The translations under genes were made by a program, and so were the position numbers. From positions 2,027,406 to 2,091,405 of the forward strand of contig OY782680.1 in the NCBI GenBank assembly GCA_963678085.1: DNA of 64,000 bases, read 5' to 3'. Each line of letters begins with the position of its first letter. Within the stretch, counting starts at the first letter, position 1. Of this stretch, positions 31,064 to 40,466 are shown in pieces. The notes beneath the pieces are model-generated. The model saw only the letters and a program-made list of their open reading frames with translations. It made no database searches and was not told the origin of the DNA. This stretch comes from Aliishimia sp. (GTDB lineage: Bacteria; Pseudomonadota; Alphaproteobacteria; Rhodobacterales; Rhodobacteraceae).

Positions 31064-33733
31064 TTACTGCAGCGTGGTCTTTGCCGGGGAATTCAGCTTT
31101 ACCCGAAATCCGGTGCCGCGCGGTACATCCAGATAGGAGATTGTGCCACCCAAACGCTGCATAATCTCTTGGCAAATCGCCAGCCCAAGCCCTGCCCCGC
31201 TGCCATCACTTTCCCCCACACGAGAAAACTTTTCAAATATAACAGAGCGTTCGCTGGCCGGTATCCCCGCCCCGTTATCCACAAAATCGATATGAAGGGC
31301 GGTATCTTGTGCACTGACTGAGATCGTCAATTCTGGCTGCTTGGCGCTACAATATTTGCTCGCATTTGAAATAATATTGATAAACACCTGCGTTAAGCGG
31401 TCAATATCGGTGTATACGTGCAACTGTTCGTGCTCTGGCGCGCGCATGATTTGCAGCGCAGAGCTCCCGTTGGCGAGCACCGCTTGCTCTGCCCGGTCCA
31501 AAATATCTGACAGTTTTCCCTCTTGCAGATGTAAGGTCACCTGCCCGTTTTCCAGCACTGACAGATCCAGAAGATCATCAAGGAGCCGCGTCAGGCGGAT
31601 CGTTTCAGAGTGAATAATCGAGGCAAAGCGGGTTTGCTCTTCTGGCTCTAGGCTATGCGTGTCGCGCAATATTTCTGAGAACGCACGGATCGATGTCATG
31701 GGCGTGCGCAGCTCATGGCTAATCTGGCTGAGAAAGGCATCTTTTTGCACCGAGAGCTGAGTTAGTTTCGTATTGGCGTCTTTTAACTGGGCGGCTGTCC
31801 GCGTCAGCTCGGCTGATTTGGCCTCAAGCTGGTTTGAATATTCTAGGATCTGCGCGGATTCATCGGCAACGGCGATCAGTTCTTTGACCGTAATTCCGGG
31901 ACCGCCTGCGATCTGGGCAACCATCGCATGCGCTGTGGCAGCCCCCACGCTTGCGGCCAGTTCGCGCTCTAGGGTTTGCAGGAACTCGCTGGTGGGTTCG
32001 GGCATCTGGCCGGGGGCGCGCTGGCGTAGGGCTTCGCTGGCAAAGAGCGCCTTTGCATCATCGGGCCCAAGAATACGCTGCGCCATGATCATGAGGTCTT
32101 CGGCCTCTGCCGCTGCCAACGTCCAGCCCTGCCCCTTGCCGCTATGTTCAAAGACATTCACAATCTGCGCGCCCTGCAAGCGCTCTAGCGGGTCGGGGAA
32201 GGTCAGCATGGACACGGCCACAAAGGTGAAGAAGTTGAGCGAAAGTGACCACCAAATCGCATGCACGGTTGGATCAAGCCCGGTGATCCCGAACAGCGCA
32301 TGCGGGCGCAGCCAAGATAGCCCCCAAGGCCCTTGCGCCAAGAGCTCAGCGCTCATCACCCCGCCAGCGCCAAAACTGGGCAAAAACATGCTCCAGAGCC
32401 AAATGAGAAACCCAATGGTAAGGCCACTGAGCGCGCCAAAACGGGTAGCGCCGCGCCAGAAAATCCCGCCAATCAGGGCCGGTAGGAATTGAGCAACGCC
32501 TGCAAAGGCAATCAGCCCGATTGAGGCCAGCGCGGCACTGCCACCCGAGAGGCGATAATAGAAATACCCCAGAAAGATGATCAGTCCTATCGAGATACGC
32601 CGCGAGCGTAGTACCACCTGGCGCACGTCGCCCGAAACACTGGCCCCCTGCCCCTTTGAGGACAGCCAGATCGGCATCACGATATGGTTCGAGACCATGG
32701 TTGCAAGCGCGAGGCTGGCCACAATGACCATGGAGGTCGCAGAGCTAAATCCCCCCAGAAAAGCAAGAAAGGCAAGCGTTTCCTGGTTTTGCGTGAGCGG
32801 CAGGGTGAGCACGAAGAGATCGGGGTTTTCGCCGGGCAGATATTCTAGACCGACAACGGCGATCGGCACCACGAACAGGCTCATGGCGATGAGGTAGAGC
32901 GGGAATAGGAAAGAGGCGCGCTCTAGCTGGCGGTCATTGTCATTTTCCACCACAAGCACATGAAACATGCGCGGCAGGCACAGGAACGCAGCCGCAGCCA
33001 CAAAGGTGAGCGACATCCAGCGGGGCCCGTCAATCGCCTTAGCACCGATCTCGGAGGCATCAATGCGTGCCATAATATCCGCAGGCCCCTCGGCCATGCC
33101 CCAGACCACGAAAACGCCAACGGCAAGCAGCGCGATCAATTTCACAATGGCTTCCACCGCGATGGCTATGACGATACCGTGCTGGCGCTCTTGTGCGTTC
33201 AGGCTGCGGGTTCCGAAAAGCAGCGTGAAAAGCGCAAGACCAAGGGTGGTCCAAAGTGCGGCGGTGCCCGTGTCGAACTCGGCTTGGTCTGAAAAAACCG
33301 ACAGAGACAAGGTAACGGACTGTAATTGCAGCGCGATATAGGGGGTAACTCCGATAACCGCGACGCCGGTGACGCAGATGGCCAAGGTGTTGGATTTGCC
33401 GAAACGTGCCGAGATCAAATCCGCAATGGAGGTCACGCGCTGTGTGCGTCCGATGCGGACCAATTTGCGCAGCACCCACCACCAGCCAAACATGACCAAG
33501 CTGGGGCCAAGGTAGATCGTCACGAATTCGAGCCCGGAGCGGGCCGCATAGCCAACCGCGCCGTAAAAGGTCCAGGCCGTACAATAAATTGACAGTGAGA
33601 GCGTATAGACAAAGGAAGAGGACAGCCACCGCCCTGCCCCGCGGGCCGCAGTGCGCTCAGCTGCGAAAGCGATCAAGAATAGCAACGCCACATAGATCAG
33701 GCACACGCTAATCGCGGTGTTGAGCGTTGCCAT
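31064..33733 (-). CDS. Sensor histidine kinase with N-terminal sodium:solute-symporter (SSS)-like domain
   Basis: 889 aa. About 13 TM helices of SSS type, then a coiled coil, H-box FLSQISHELRTPMTSI, N-box, G1 DNGAGIP and G2 GSGAGLGLAI. No receiver domain. Confidence 0.85.
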   Translation of the reverse strand: MATLNTAISVCLIYVALLFLIAFAAERTAARGAGRWLSSSFVYTLSLSIYCTAWTFYGAVGYAARSGLEFVTIYLGPSLVMFGWWWVLRKLVRIGRTQRVTSIADLISARFGKSNTLAICVTGVAVIGVTPYIALQLQSVTLSLSVFSDQAEFDTGTAALWTTLGLALFTLLFGTRSLNAQERQHGIVIAIAVEAIVKLIALLAVGVFVVWGMAEGPADIMARIDASEIGAKAIDGPRWMSLTFVAAAAFLCLPRMFHVLVVENDNDRQLERASFLFPLYLIAMSLFVVPIAVVGLEYLPGENPDLFVLTLPLTQNQETLAFLAFLGGFSSATSMVIVASLALATMVSNHIVMPIWLSSKGQGASVSGDVRQVVLRSRRISIGLIIFLGYFYYRLSGGSAALASIGLIAFAGVAQFLPALIGGIFWRGATRFGALSGLTIGFLIWLWSMFLPSFGAGGVMSAELLAQGPWGLSWLRPHALFGITGLDPTVHAIWWSLSLNFFTFVAVSMLTFPDPLERLQGAQIVNVFEHSGKGQGWTLAAAEAEDLMIMAQRILGPDDAKALFASEALRQRAPGQMPEPTSEFLQTLERELAASVGAATAHAMVAQIAGGPGITVKELIAVADESAQILEYSNQLEAKSAELTRTAAQLKDANTKLTQLSVQKDAFLSQISHELRTPMTSIRAFSEILRDTHSLEPEEQTRFASIIHSETIRLTRLLDDLLDLSVLENGQVTLHLQEGKLSDILDRAEQAVLANGSSALQIMRAPEHEQLHVYTDIDRLTQVFINIISNASKYCSAKQPELTISVSAQDTALHIDFVDNGAGIPASERSVIFEKFSRVGESDGSGAGLGLAICQEIMQRLGGTISYLDVPRGTGFRVKLNSPAKTTLQ

Positions 33734-34000
33734 TTAGTGCTCCGTGCCGGGCGGCTGGGATGGGGTGGGCTCGGACACCCAGGCTGCAAGCACACCGCAC
33801 AGCATGCAAAGCCCAAACCAGACGGAAAAGAGATAGGCCAAGAGCGATGGCAATCGGTGCTCCGCCCCCTGGCTCCCTAAGATCGGAACCAGAAACAGGA
33901 AAGTCGCGAAGATCGGCAGGATTTTCAGCCCATCAAGGAGCCGACGTTTGCGATAGCTGCGCTTTTCTAAAGTGGCGGAGGGGGCTGGTCGATCTGTCAT
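33734..34000 (-). CDS. Small 2-TM membrane protein, translationally coupled to the SSS-kinase
   Basis: 88 aa. Its stop abuts the kinase ATG (33734/33733). The arrangement recalls yjcH(DUF485)-actP. Confidence 0.5.
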   Translation of the reverse strand: MTDRPAPSATLEKRSYRKRRLLDGLKILPIFATFLFLVPILGSQGAEHRLPSLLAYLFSVWFGLCMLCGVLAAWVSEPTPSQPPGTEH

Positions 34001-34005
34001 GTGGC

Positions 34006-34410
34006 TTAAACAGGGGATTGCACCTGAGATTGCACAGGTGATTGCTCTGGGGCCATCTCACGCACGGCCTGAAGCACATCTGAATTTGCAAAAGGCTTGG
34101 TCATAAACCTATTCACCCCAGCAGTTTCCGCCAGCACACGATCCTGGTCTTGCCCGCGCGCGGTTAGCATCAAAACCGGCACATGATTGACACGCTCATC
34201 GGCGCGCATATCCCTAAGGATATCCAGCCCGCTGCGCCCCGGAAGCATCAAATCAAGGATCAATACATCTGGGGTGCGCTCAATGATACGATCAAGCGCG
34301 GTTCGACCTTCGCCATGGGCCTCCACATGCCAGCCATCCCGCATCAGCAAAAAGCGAATGGCCTCGACAATATTCTCTTCATCTTCCAACAGCAGGACAT
34401 GCTTGCCCAT
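34006..34410 (-). CDS. Single-domain (CheY-like) response regulator
   Basis: 134 aa. LLLEDEE.., phospho-acceptor context VLILDLMLPG, ..LTAR.., ..KPF. No output domain. Strong SD GGGAGGAG. Confidence 0.85.
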   Translation of the reverse strand: MGKHVLLLEDEENIVEAIRFLLMRDGWHVEAHGEGRTALDRIIERTPDVLILDLMLPGRSGLDILRDMRADERVNHVPVLMLTARGQDQDRVLAETAGVNRFMTKPFANSDVLQAVREMAPEQSPVQSQVQSPV

Positions 34411-34470
34411 TTGCCGCGTCTCCTCCCTAAGTCAGGCGCTTGCTTTGTTGATTTTTTTTGCGCCCAAGAT

Positions 34471-34499
34471 ACTATTGCTGGTTTTTACAGATCTGTCAA
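34471..34499 (-). promoter_or_regulatory. Candidate sigma70-type promoter of the receiver/kinase operon
   Basis: The minus strand reads TTGACA-N17-AATAGT about 60 nt upstream of the receiver ATG. Confidence 0.35.
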
Positions 34500-34512
34500 A
34501 AAAACCTCACCT

Positions 34513-35790
34513 CTAAAGGACCGACATGACCCGGCGCGCCGCGCAGGCCTGTTTTTGGCAAAGTGCGCAGCTGGATCCAATGTCACGCGATGGCCCTGCC
34601 CCCGATGTTGCGGGCAAAATGAGCATGCAGGCGCTTACGACCGGGGGGGCGTTATATGTGGATGGGGGCTCAGCCTGTGCAGCGGCATAGCAATCAAAGC
34701 GATGCGCCACCGGGCCTAATTGCGTGCAGCTCTCAAACAAAAGCTGACCGGGCGCTAAGAGCGCATCAAAGAGAGGCCACAAAGGACAGGGCGGCGCCAG
34801 CGAAGGGATCGAGAAGCCGGGGATGTTTTTGCGCAATGTTATATATCCGGCGCGATCCGCGCAGACGAGCCCGGCCTTTAAGTCTGGTAATGCCGCCAAG
34901 CGCCGCAGCACGCGGCTTGGCTCTTGCTTGAGCTGATGTGCCAGACGCAAGGGATCCAAGCGTTGCTGTCCTTTCATTGCTTCTTGGAGCGTCCCACTAG
35001 GCACGAGCGCGGCATCTTCTTGATACTGTCTTAAGAGCGACAAGAGCATGCGCTTTGCAGGTTCGCTCATCGGCGCATTTTGGCAAAAGGTTTCGACAGT
35101 CAGGCCCGCCCCTGAGGGCGTTTCAAGCGCCGGAAAATGATACCCGTGATCTTCGATAAACCTGTCCACCTCTTGCTGAGGCGAAGCATGGTCGGGCAGC
35201 TCATCGTCTAAGCGTTCCAAATACTCGGCCAATGAGCGGCTGCTTTGCGCAAGGCGATTGCTATCTGCGCCGATATTGGCATGAAAGCGATCGAGCCATT
35301 CAGGCTCTAAAGCAGGGGTTTCGGTTAAGATCGCAGCCGTTGATTTGATCGAAGCGGCGGTTGAGAGTACTTCATGCAACGCAGAGGCAATGGCAGGATC
35401 ATGGGCCAGGCGGTTGTTTAACCCGTCAATGACCTGTTTGAATGTGCCGAGTTGTTCATGCAGCTGCGCTGTGACTTGCGCCCAGGCGGGGAATTTCGTT
35501 GCAAATTCCTCAAGCCGGTCCAGCTCGCCCTCTTGCAACGCACTTTCAGCCCGTATGGTGCGCAGGATCCCCACCAGATGCGCCTCGGCCCCTTGGGTCA
35601 ATTGCGGCGGCTCCACCTCAAGGGCCTGCGCTATCTTTACGAGAATCTTGCCGCCGATTCTGCGCCGATTATGCTCGATCAAGTTGAGGTAAGAGGCGGA
35701 AATGCCAATACGTCGCGCCAGATCAGCTTGGCGCAAGCCCAGCTCTAAGCGCCGATCCCGGATCCGGGCCCCGATATCGACCTCAGACAT
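34513..35790 (-). CDS. XRE-HTH regulator of the short-chain fatty acyl-CoA regulator (ScfR; PccR/RamB/IbcR-like, DUF2083) family
   Basis: 425 aa. N-terminal IGARIRDRRLELGLRQADLARRIGISASYLNLIEHNRRRIGGKIL is typical of this family. Long C-terminal domain with Cys cluster ..CALCQKQACAAR. Confidence 0.75.
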   Translation of the reverse strand: MSEVDIGARIRDRRLELGLRQADLARRIGISASYLNLIEHNRRRIGGKILVKIAQALEVEPPQLTQGAEAHLVGILRTIRAESALQEGELDRLEEFATKFPAWAQVTAQLHEQLGTFKQVIDGLNNRLAHDPAIASALHEVLSTAASIKSTAAILTETPALEPEWLDRFHANIGADSNRLAQSSRSLAEYLERLDDELPDHASPQQEVDRFIEDHGYHFPALETPSGAGLTVETFCQNAPMSEPAKRMLLSLLRQYQEDAALVPSGTLQEAMKGQQRLDPLRLAHQLKQEPSRVLRRLAALPDLKAGLVCADRAGYITLRKNIPGFSIPSLAPPCPLWPLFDALLAPGQLLFESCTQLGPVAHRFDCYAAAQAEPPSTYNAPPVVSACMLILPATSGAGPSRDIGSSCALCQKQACAARRVMSVL

Positions 35791-35854
35791 ATTGATATCT
35801 CAAGGAGTGGAAGAGGATGTTATTTGAAGACATTTACAGGTTCTTAAGATTTTA

Positions 35855-35894
35855 TTTACAAAGCGCAAGCGCTGGATGTGGATTTGTTTACAAA
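35855..35894. promoter_or_regulatory. Two TTTACAAA octamers (candidate ScfR operator)
   Basis: TTTACAAA at 35855-35862 and 35887-35894, in the divergent spacer between the ScfR-type gene and the ABC transporter. Near-palindrome TCGCAAAGCTTGCGA at 35931-35945. Confidence 0.4.
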
Positions 35895-36019
35895 ATTCAA
35901 CTTGTGCACAAGGGGAGCGTTGGGAAATTTTCGCAAAGCTTGCGATAACACCGGTAGCACTAATGTGCGCGAAAGCCGGTGCAGGAGGCTCGGCTTTCCC
36001 TATCACTTGGGAGGAATCC

Positions 36020-37369
36020 ATGACTAAACTTAACCTCACCCGTCGCGGTGTGCTCAAAACTGGTGCCGCAGGTGGCGCTGGTCTTGCAGTTCCAACAATC
36101 TTTACAGCGGGCTCTGCATCCGCGTTCACCAATGAGCCAACGGGCGACACGGTGACTCTGGGCTTTAACGTTCCACAAACTGGCCCTTACGCGGATGAAG
36201 GCGCGGACGAGCTGCGCGCATTTGAGCTTGCGGTCGAGCATCTCAACAATGGCGGCGGCTGCCTTGAAACCTTCAGCTCCAAAGCGCTGCAAGGCAACGG
36301 CATCATGGGCAAAAAAGTCGAGTATGTCACAGGCGACACGCAGACAAAATCTGACGCGGCCCGTGCGTCTGCGCGCTCCATGATCGAAAAAGATGGCGCG
36401 GTGATGATTTCCGGTGGCTCATCTTCAGGTGTTGCTGTTGCTGTGCAAGCGCTGTGCCAAGAAGCTGGCGTGATCTTCATGGCCGGTCTGACACACTCAG
36501 ACGACACCACAGGTAAAGATAAGAAAGCCAATGGCTTCCGTCACTTCTTTAACTCGCATATGACAGGTCTTGCGCTCGCGCCGATCTTGAAAGATCAGTA
36601 CGGCAACGACCGTAAAGCCTATCACCTGACAGCTGACTATAACTGGGGCTACACAACAGAGGCTGCTGTTGCGACCTCTACCGAAGCTCTGGGCTGGGAA
36701 ACTGTTGCGGCGGTGAAAACACCTCTGACGCAAACAGACTTCTCTTCTTATGTTGCACCTGTTCTGGGCTCCGGCGCTGACGTTCTGGTTCTGAACCACT
36801 ACGGCGGAAACATGGTCAACTCTTTGACATCCGCAGTTCAGTTCGGTCTGCGCGGCAAAGATGTGGGCGGCAAAGAGTTCCAAATCGTTGTTCCGCTTTA
36901 CTCACGTCTGATGGCACAAGGTGCGGGCGAGAACGTAAAAGGCGTGTTCGGCACAACAGGCTGGCACTGGTCCTTGGAGAACGTCGCGGGCTCTCGTTAC
37001 GTGGGCACAAATGCCTTCGTACAAGCCTTTGGTCAAAAATACGGCTTCCCACCCTCGCAGGCGGCGCAAACATGCTACGCGCAGACATTGCTCTATGCAG
37101 ACGCCGTTCAGCGTGCAGGCTCCTTCAACCCATGTGCGGTTGTCGAAGCGCTGGAAGATTTCGAGTTCGACGGCTTGGGCAACGGCCCAACACTTTACCG
37201 CGGCGCGGATCATCAGTGCATCAAAGACGTGCTGGTTGTGAAGGGTAAAGAGAACCCAGCAAGCAACTTCGACCTGCTCGAAATCGTGGACATCACACCG
37301 CGCGAAGCGCTGATGTATGATCCTGCAATGTTCGGCGGTGATCTGGGCGCATGTAACCCAGGCGCATAA
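36020..37369 (+). CDS. ABC transporter substrate-binding protein (HAAT/Leu-Ile-Val-binding family), Tat signal
   Basis: 449 aa from MTKLNLTRRGVLKTGAAGGAGLAVP.. (twin-Arg), SD GGGAGGA. Type I periplasmic binding fold. Confidence 0.85.
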   Translation: MTKLNLTRRGVLKTGAAGGAGLAVPTIFTAGSASAFTNEPTGDTVTLGFNVPQTGPYADEGADELRAFELAVEHLNNGGGCLETFSSKALQGNGIMGKKVEYVTGDTQTKSDAARASARSMIEKDGAVMISGGSSSGVAVAVQALCQEAGVIFMAGLTHSDDTTGKDKKANGFRHFFNSHMTGLALAPILKDQYGNDRKAYHLTADYNWGYTTEAAVATSTEALGWETVAAVKTPLTQTDFSSYVAPVLGSGADVLVLNHYGGNMVNSLTSAVQFGLRGKDVGGKEFQIVVPLYSRLMAQGAGENVKGVFGTTGWHWSLENVAGSRYVGTNAFVQAFGQKYGFPPSQAAQTCYAQTLLYADAVQRAGSFNPCAVVEALEDFEFDGLGNGPTLYRGADHQCIKDVLVVKGKENPASNFDLLEIVDITPREALMYDPAMFGGDLGACNPGA

Positions 37370-37484
37370 GCGTAACGCATCTACGGGGGTGGGCTCCTGC
37401 GGCCCATCCCCTTTTGCCATCTCTTTTGCCATGTCGGCCCTGCCAGACGGTGGGAGCAGGCCGACCCAATCCTAAGGTGGGATC

Positions 37485-38516
37485 ATGGAAGCAATTATCC
37501 TTCAAATTCTAAATGGGCTCGATAAGGGCTCTGCCTATGCGCTGATCGCGCTTGGCCTGACGCTCATCTTCGGTACGCTGGGGGTGGTAAATTTTGCGCA
37601 TGGTGCGCTGTTCATGATCGGTGCGTTTTGTGCGGTCACGTTCAAGAACCTTTTGACCTGGTCCTACACGATGGTGGATGAGAGCAAAAAGGACTTTTTG
37701 GGCAATCCGCTCAAGGTTGAGGTCCCCTATATCTACGATCTGTTTGGAGAATCGACAGGCAGTGCGATCATTGACTGGGCTGTTCCGCTGGCGGTGTTAT
37801 TCACAATTCCTGTGATGATTGCCATCGGTGTGATCATGGAGCGCGGGCTGATCAAGCATTTCTATAAGCGCCCACATGCGGATCAGATCCTGGTGACTTT
37901 TGGTCTTGCCATCGTTCTGCAAGAGATCATCAAGTATAATTTTGGCGCCAACCCAATCCAAACCCCGGCGCCCGAAGCCTTTCGCGGCTCGCTCGATTTT
38001 GGGACGTTGATTGGTTTTGATCCGGGCCTGATCATTTACCCTTATTGGCGCATTATCTACTTTGCCTTTGCGGCTGTTGTGATTGGCGCAGTCTTTGCCT
38101 TCTTGCAATTCACCACATTTGGAATGGTGGTGCGCGCTGGTATGGCCGACCGTGAGACGGTGCAGCTTTTGGGTATCGATATCGACCGACGCTTTACCCT
38201 GATGTTTGGTCTGGCCTCTGCGGTGGCTGGGCTTGCCGGGGTGATGTATGGTCCGATCACCGCGCCAAATTATCATATGGGCATGGACTTTCTTGTCTTA
38301 AGCTTTGTGGTTGTTGTTGTGGGCGGTATGGGCTCTTTGCCCGGTGCGGTTTTGGCTGGTTTTCTGCTCGGCATTTTGGAGGCCTTTGCCTCAATGCGCG
38401 AAGTGCTTGAAGTGCTGCCCGGCATTAACCAGATCATCATCTACCTGATCGCCATTATCATTATTTTGACGCGTCCACGCGGCCTGATGGGTCGTAAAGG
38501 CGTGATGGAGGACTAA
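37485..38516 (+). CDS. HAAT-family ABC transporter permease (LivH-like)
   Basis: 343 aa polytopic. N-terminal ..[22 protein letters not shown] is typical of LivH. Confidence 0.9.
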   Translation: MEAIILQILNGLDKGSAYALIALGLTLIFGTLGVVNFAHGALFMIGAFCAVTFKNLLTWSYTMVDESKKDFLGNPLKVEVPYIYDLFGESTGSAIIDWAVPLAVLFTIPVMIAIGVIMERGLIKHFYKRPHADQILVTFGLAIVLQEIIKYNFGANPIQTPAPEAFRGSLDFGTLIGFDPGLIIYPYWRIIYFAFAAVVIGAVFAFLQFTTFGMVVRAGMADRETVQLLGIDIDRRFTLMFGLASAVAGLAGVMYGPITAPNYHMGMDFLVLSFVVVVVGGMGSLPGAVLAGFLLGILEAFASMREVLEVLPGINQIIIYLIAIIIILTRPRGLMGRKGVMED

Positions 38517-38520
38517 GCGC

Positions 38521-39678
38521 ATGTTTGGTTTAAATGCAAAAGACGCCAGCTTGCTCATCATTGTGGCAATCTTAACCATGCTGGCCCCGTTCATCCTGAA
38601 CCCTTTTCCCGCAGATTCAGCGATGGCACAGTTCAACGCGGGCTATCCTGACTTGATGCAGCGTTTTGTGATCTTTGGGATCTTCGCGATTGGCTTTAAC
38701 ATCCTCTTTGGCCTGACCGGCTATCTCAGCTTTGGTCACGCCGCCTTTTTGGGTGTGGGTTCATATGCGGCGATCTGGATGTTGAAACTGACCACACTGA
38801 ACATCATCCCAGCCATCATCATGTCGGTCATCATCGCAGGTCTGTTCGCCTTGGTTGTTGGCTTTATCTCGCTGCGCCGCTCTGGGATCTATTTCTCAAT
38901 CCTGACGCTCTGCTTTGCGATGATGTCCTATCAGTTGGCCTATTCGGTTCTTACGCCTATCACAGGCGGAGAAACCGGCCTGCAAACAAAGGCAGAAGAT
39001 GGTCCCGTGAACCTCTTTGGTCTTGAAATGGGCGCGAGCTACCAATTGCCAGTTGGCAGCTGGGAGTTCACCTTCAACGCAGGCTACTATATCGCCGCTG
39101 TGTTGATGCTGATCGCATTTTACCTCTCGATCCGCATCTTCCGTTCGCCCTTTGGCATGATGCTGAGCGCGGTGAAATCCAACCAACAACGCCTGAACTA
39201 TACCGGCCTGAACCCAAAGCCCTACACGCTTGCCGCCTTTGTGATCTCTGGCATGTATGCAGGACTTGCAGGCGGTCTGATGGTGGCAATGGATCCACAA
39301 GCTGGCCCCGATCGCATGTTCTGGACCGCGTCTGGTGAGGTTGTTCTGATGACCATCCTGGGCGGTGTTGGCACGCTAATTGGCCCGGTGATTGGCGCTG
39401 GCGTGATCAAATACATGGAAAACATCCTGTCCAAGATCAACAAAGGCATCCTGCATGAGTGGTATTCCTTTATGCCAGCGGGCATGGAAGATGTATTTGT
39501 CTGGGCCACCAACCTGTTTGTGGGCAAGCAATGGCACCTCACCTCGGGCATTATCTTCATGCTGGTTGTGATCTACCTGCCAGGTGGCTTGGTCGAAGCA
39601 GGTCAACGCATCGGTCGTCTCTTTGGCCGCAAGAAAACCAATGACGCCGCCGCTGGCAGCACAACGCCTGCGGAATAA
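38521..39678 (+). CDS. HAAT-family ABC transporter permease (LivM-like)
   Basis: 385 aa polytopic. ..[19 protein letters not shown].. motif. Confidence 0.9.
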   Translation: MFGLNAKDASLLIIVAILTMLAPFILNPFPADSAMAQFNAGYPDLMQRFVIFGIFAIGFNILFGLTGYLSFGHAAFLGVGSYAAIWMLKLTTLNIIPAIIMSVIIAGLFALVVGFISLRRSGIYFSILTLCFAMMSYQLAYSVLTPITGGETGLQTKAEDGPVNLFGLEMGASYQLPVGSWEFTFNAGYYIAAVLMLIAFYLSIRIFRSPFGMMLSAVKSNQQRLNYTGLNPKPYTLAAFVISGMYAGLAGGLMVAMDPQAGPDRMFWTASGEVVLMTILGGVGTLIGPVIGAGVIKYMENILSKINKGILHEWYSFMPAGMEDVFVWATNLFVGKQWHLTSGIIFMLVVIYLPGGLVEAGQRIGRLFGRKKTNDAAAGSTTPAE

Positions 39679-39689
39679 GGAGACAGGTC

Positions 39690-40454
39690 ATGGGAATTTT
39701 AGAAGTCAAAAATGTCGGTAAACGCTTTGGCGGATTGCAGGCGCTCTCAAATGTGAACCTCAGCGTGGCGGAAAATACCTGCCACGCGATCATCGGCCCC
39801 AACGGGGCGGGCAAATCCACCTTGCTGAACTGCTTTGTGGGCAAGCTCATCCCCGATACCGGATCGGTCAGCTTTGAAGGCCAATCGGTGCTAGGGCGCA
39901 AACCCTTTGAGATCAATCAAATGGGCATTAGCCGCGTGTTCCAAACCCCTGAGATCTTTGGCGATCTGAGCGTGTTGGAAAACATGATGATCCCTGGGTT
40001 TGCCCACCGCGATGGCGCCTTTGCCTTTAACCCGCTGCAAAAGCTGATGGGGCAAAAGGATGTGCTGGAACATGCCGAGCATGCGCTTGATGATATGGGT
40101 CTGGCCGATAAACGCCATATGCAAGCCTCCTCCATGTCACGGGGGGATAAACGCCGCCTTGAAATCGCCATGTGCCTGAGCCAAGAGCCGCGCCTTTTGC
40201 TGCTTGATGAGCCAACAGCGGGCATGGCGCGGGCCGATACCAATAACACAATCGACCTGCTTAAGCGCATCAAAGAAGAGCGTGACATCACTATCGCCAT
40301 CATCGAGCATGATATGCATGTGGTGTTTTCTTTGGCCGACCGGATCACCGTTCTGGCCCAAGGCACACCTCTGGTAGAAGACACGCCAGATAATATCAAA
40401 GGCCACCCAAAAGTGCGCGAAGCCTATCTTGGCGAAACGCAAACAGCGGCATAA
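39690..40454 (+). CDS. HAAT-family ABC transporter ATP-binding protein (LivG-like)
   Basis: Walker A GPNGAGKST, signature MSRGDKRRLE, Walker B LLLLDEP. Confidence 0.9.
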   Translation: MGILEVKNVGKRFGGLQALSNVNLSVAENTCHAIIGPNGAGKSTLLNCFVGKLIPDTGSVSFEGQSVLGRKPFEINQMGISRVFQTPEIFGDLSVLENMMIPGFAHRDGAFAFNPLQKLMGQKDVLEHAEHALDDMGLADKRHMQASSMSRGDKRRLEIAMCLSQEPRLLLLDEPTAGMARADTNNTIDLLKRIKEERDITIAIIEHDMHVVFSLADRITVLAQGTPLVEDTPDNIKGHPKVREAYLGETQTAA

Positions 40455-40466
40455 AGGAGCGCGACC

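Noticed and set aside
34417-34425. CTCCTCCC motif resembling the anti-SD loops of cuckoo/alpha-r14 sRNAs
   Set aside because: It is simply the reverse complement of the strong GGGAGGAG Shine-Dalgarno of the minus-strand receiver gene.
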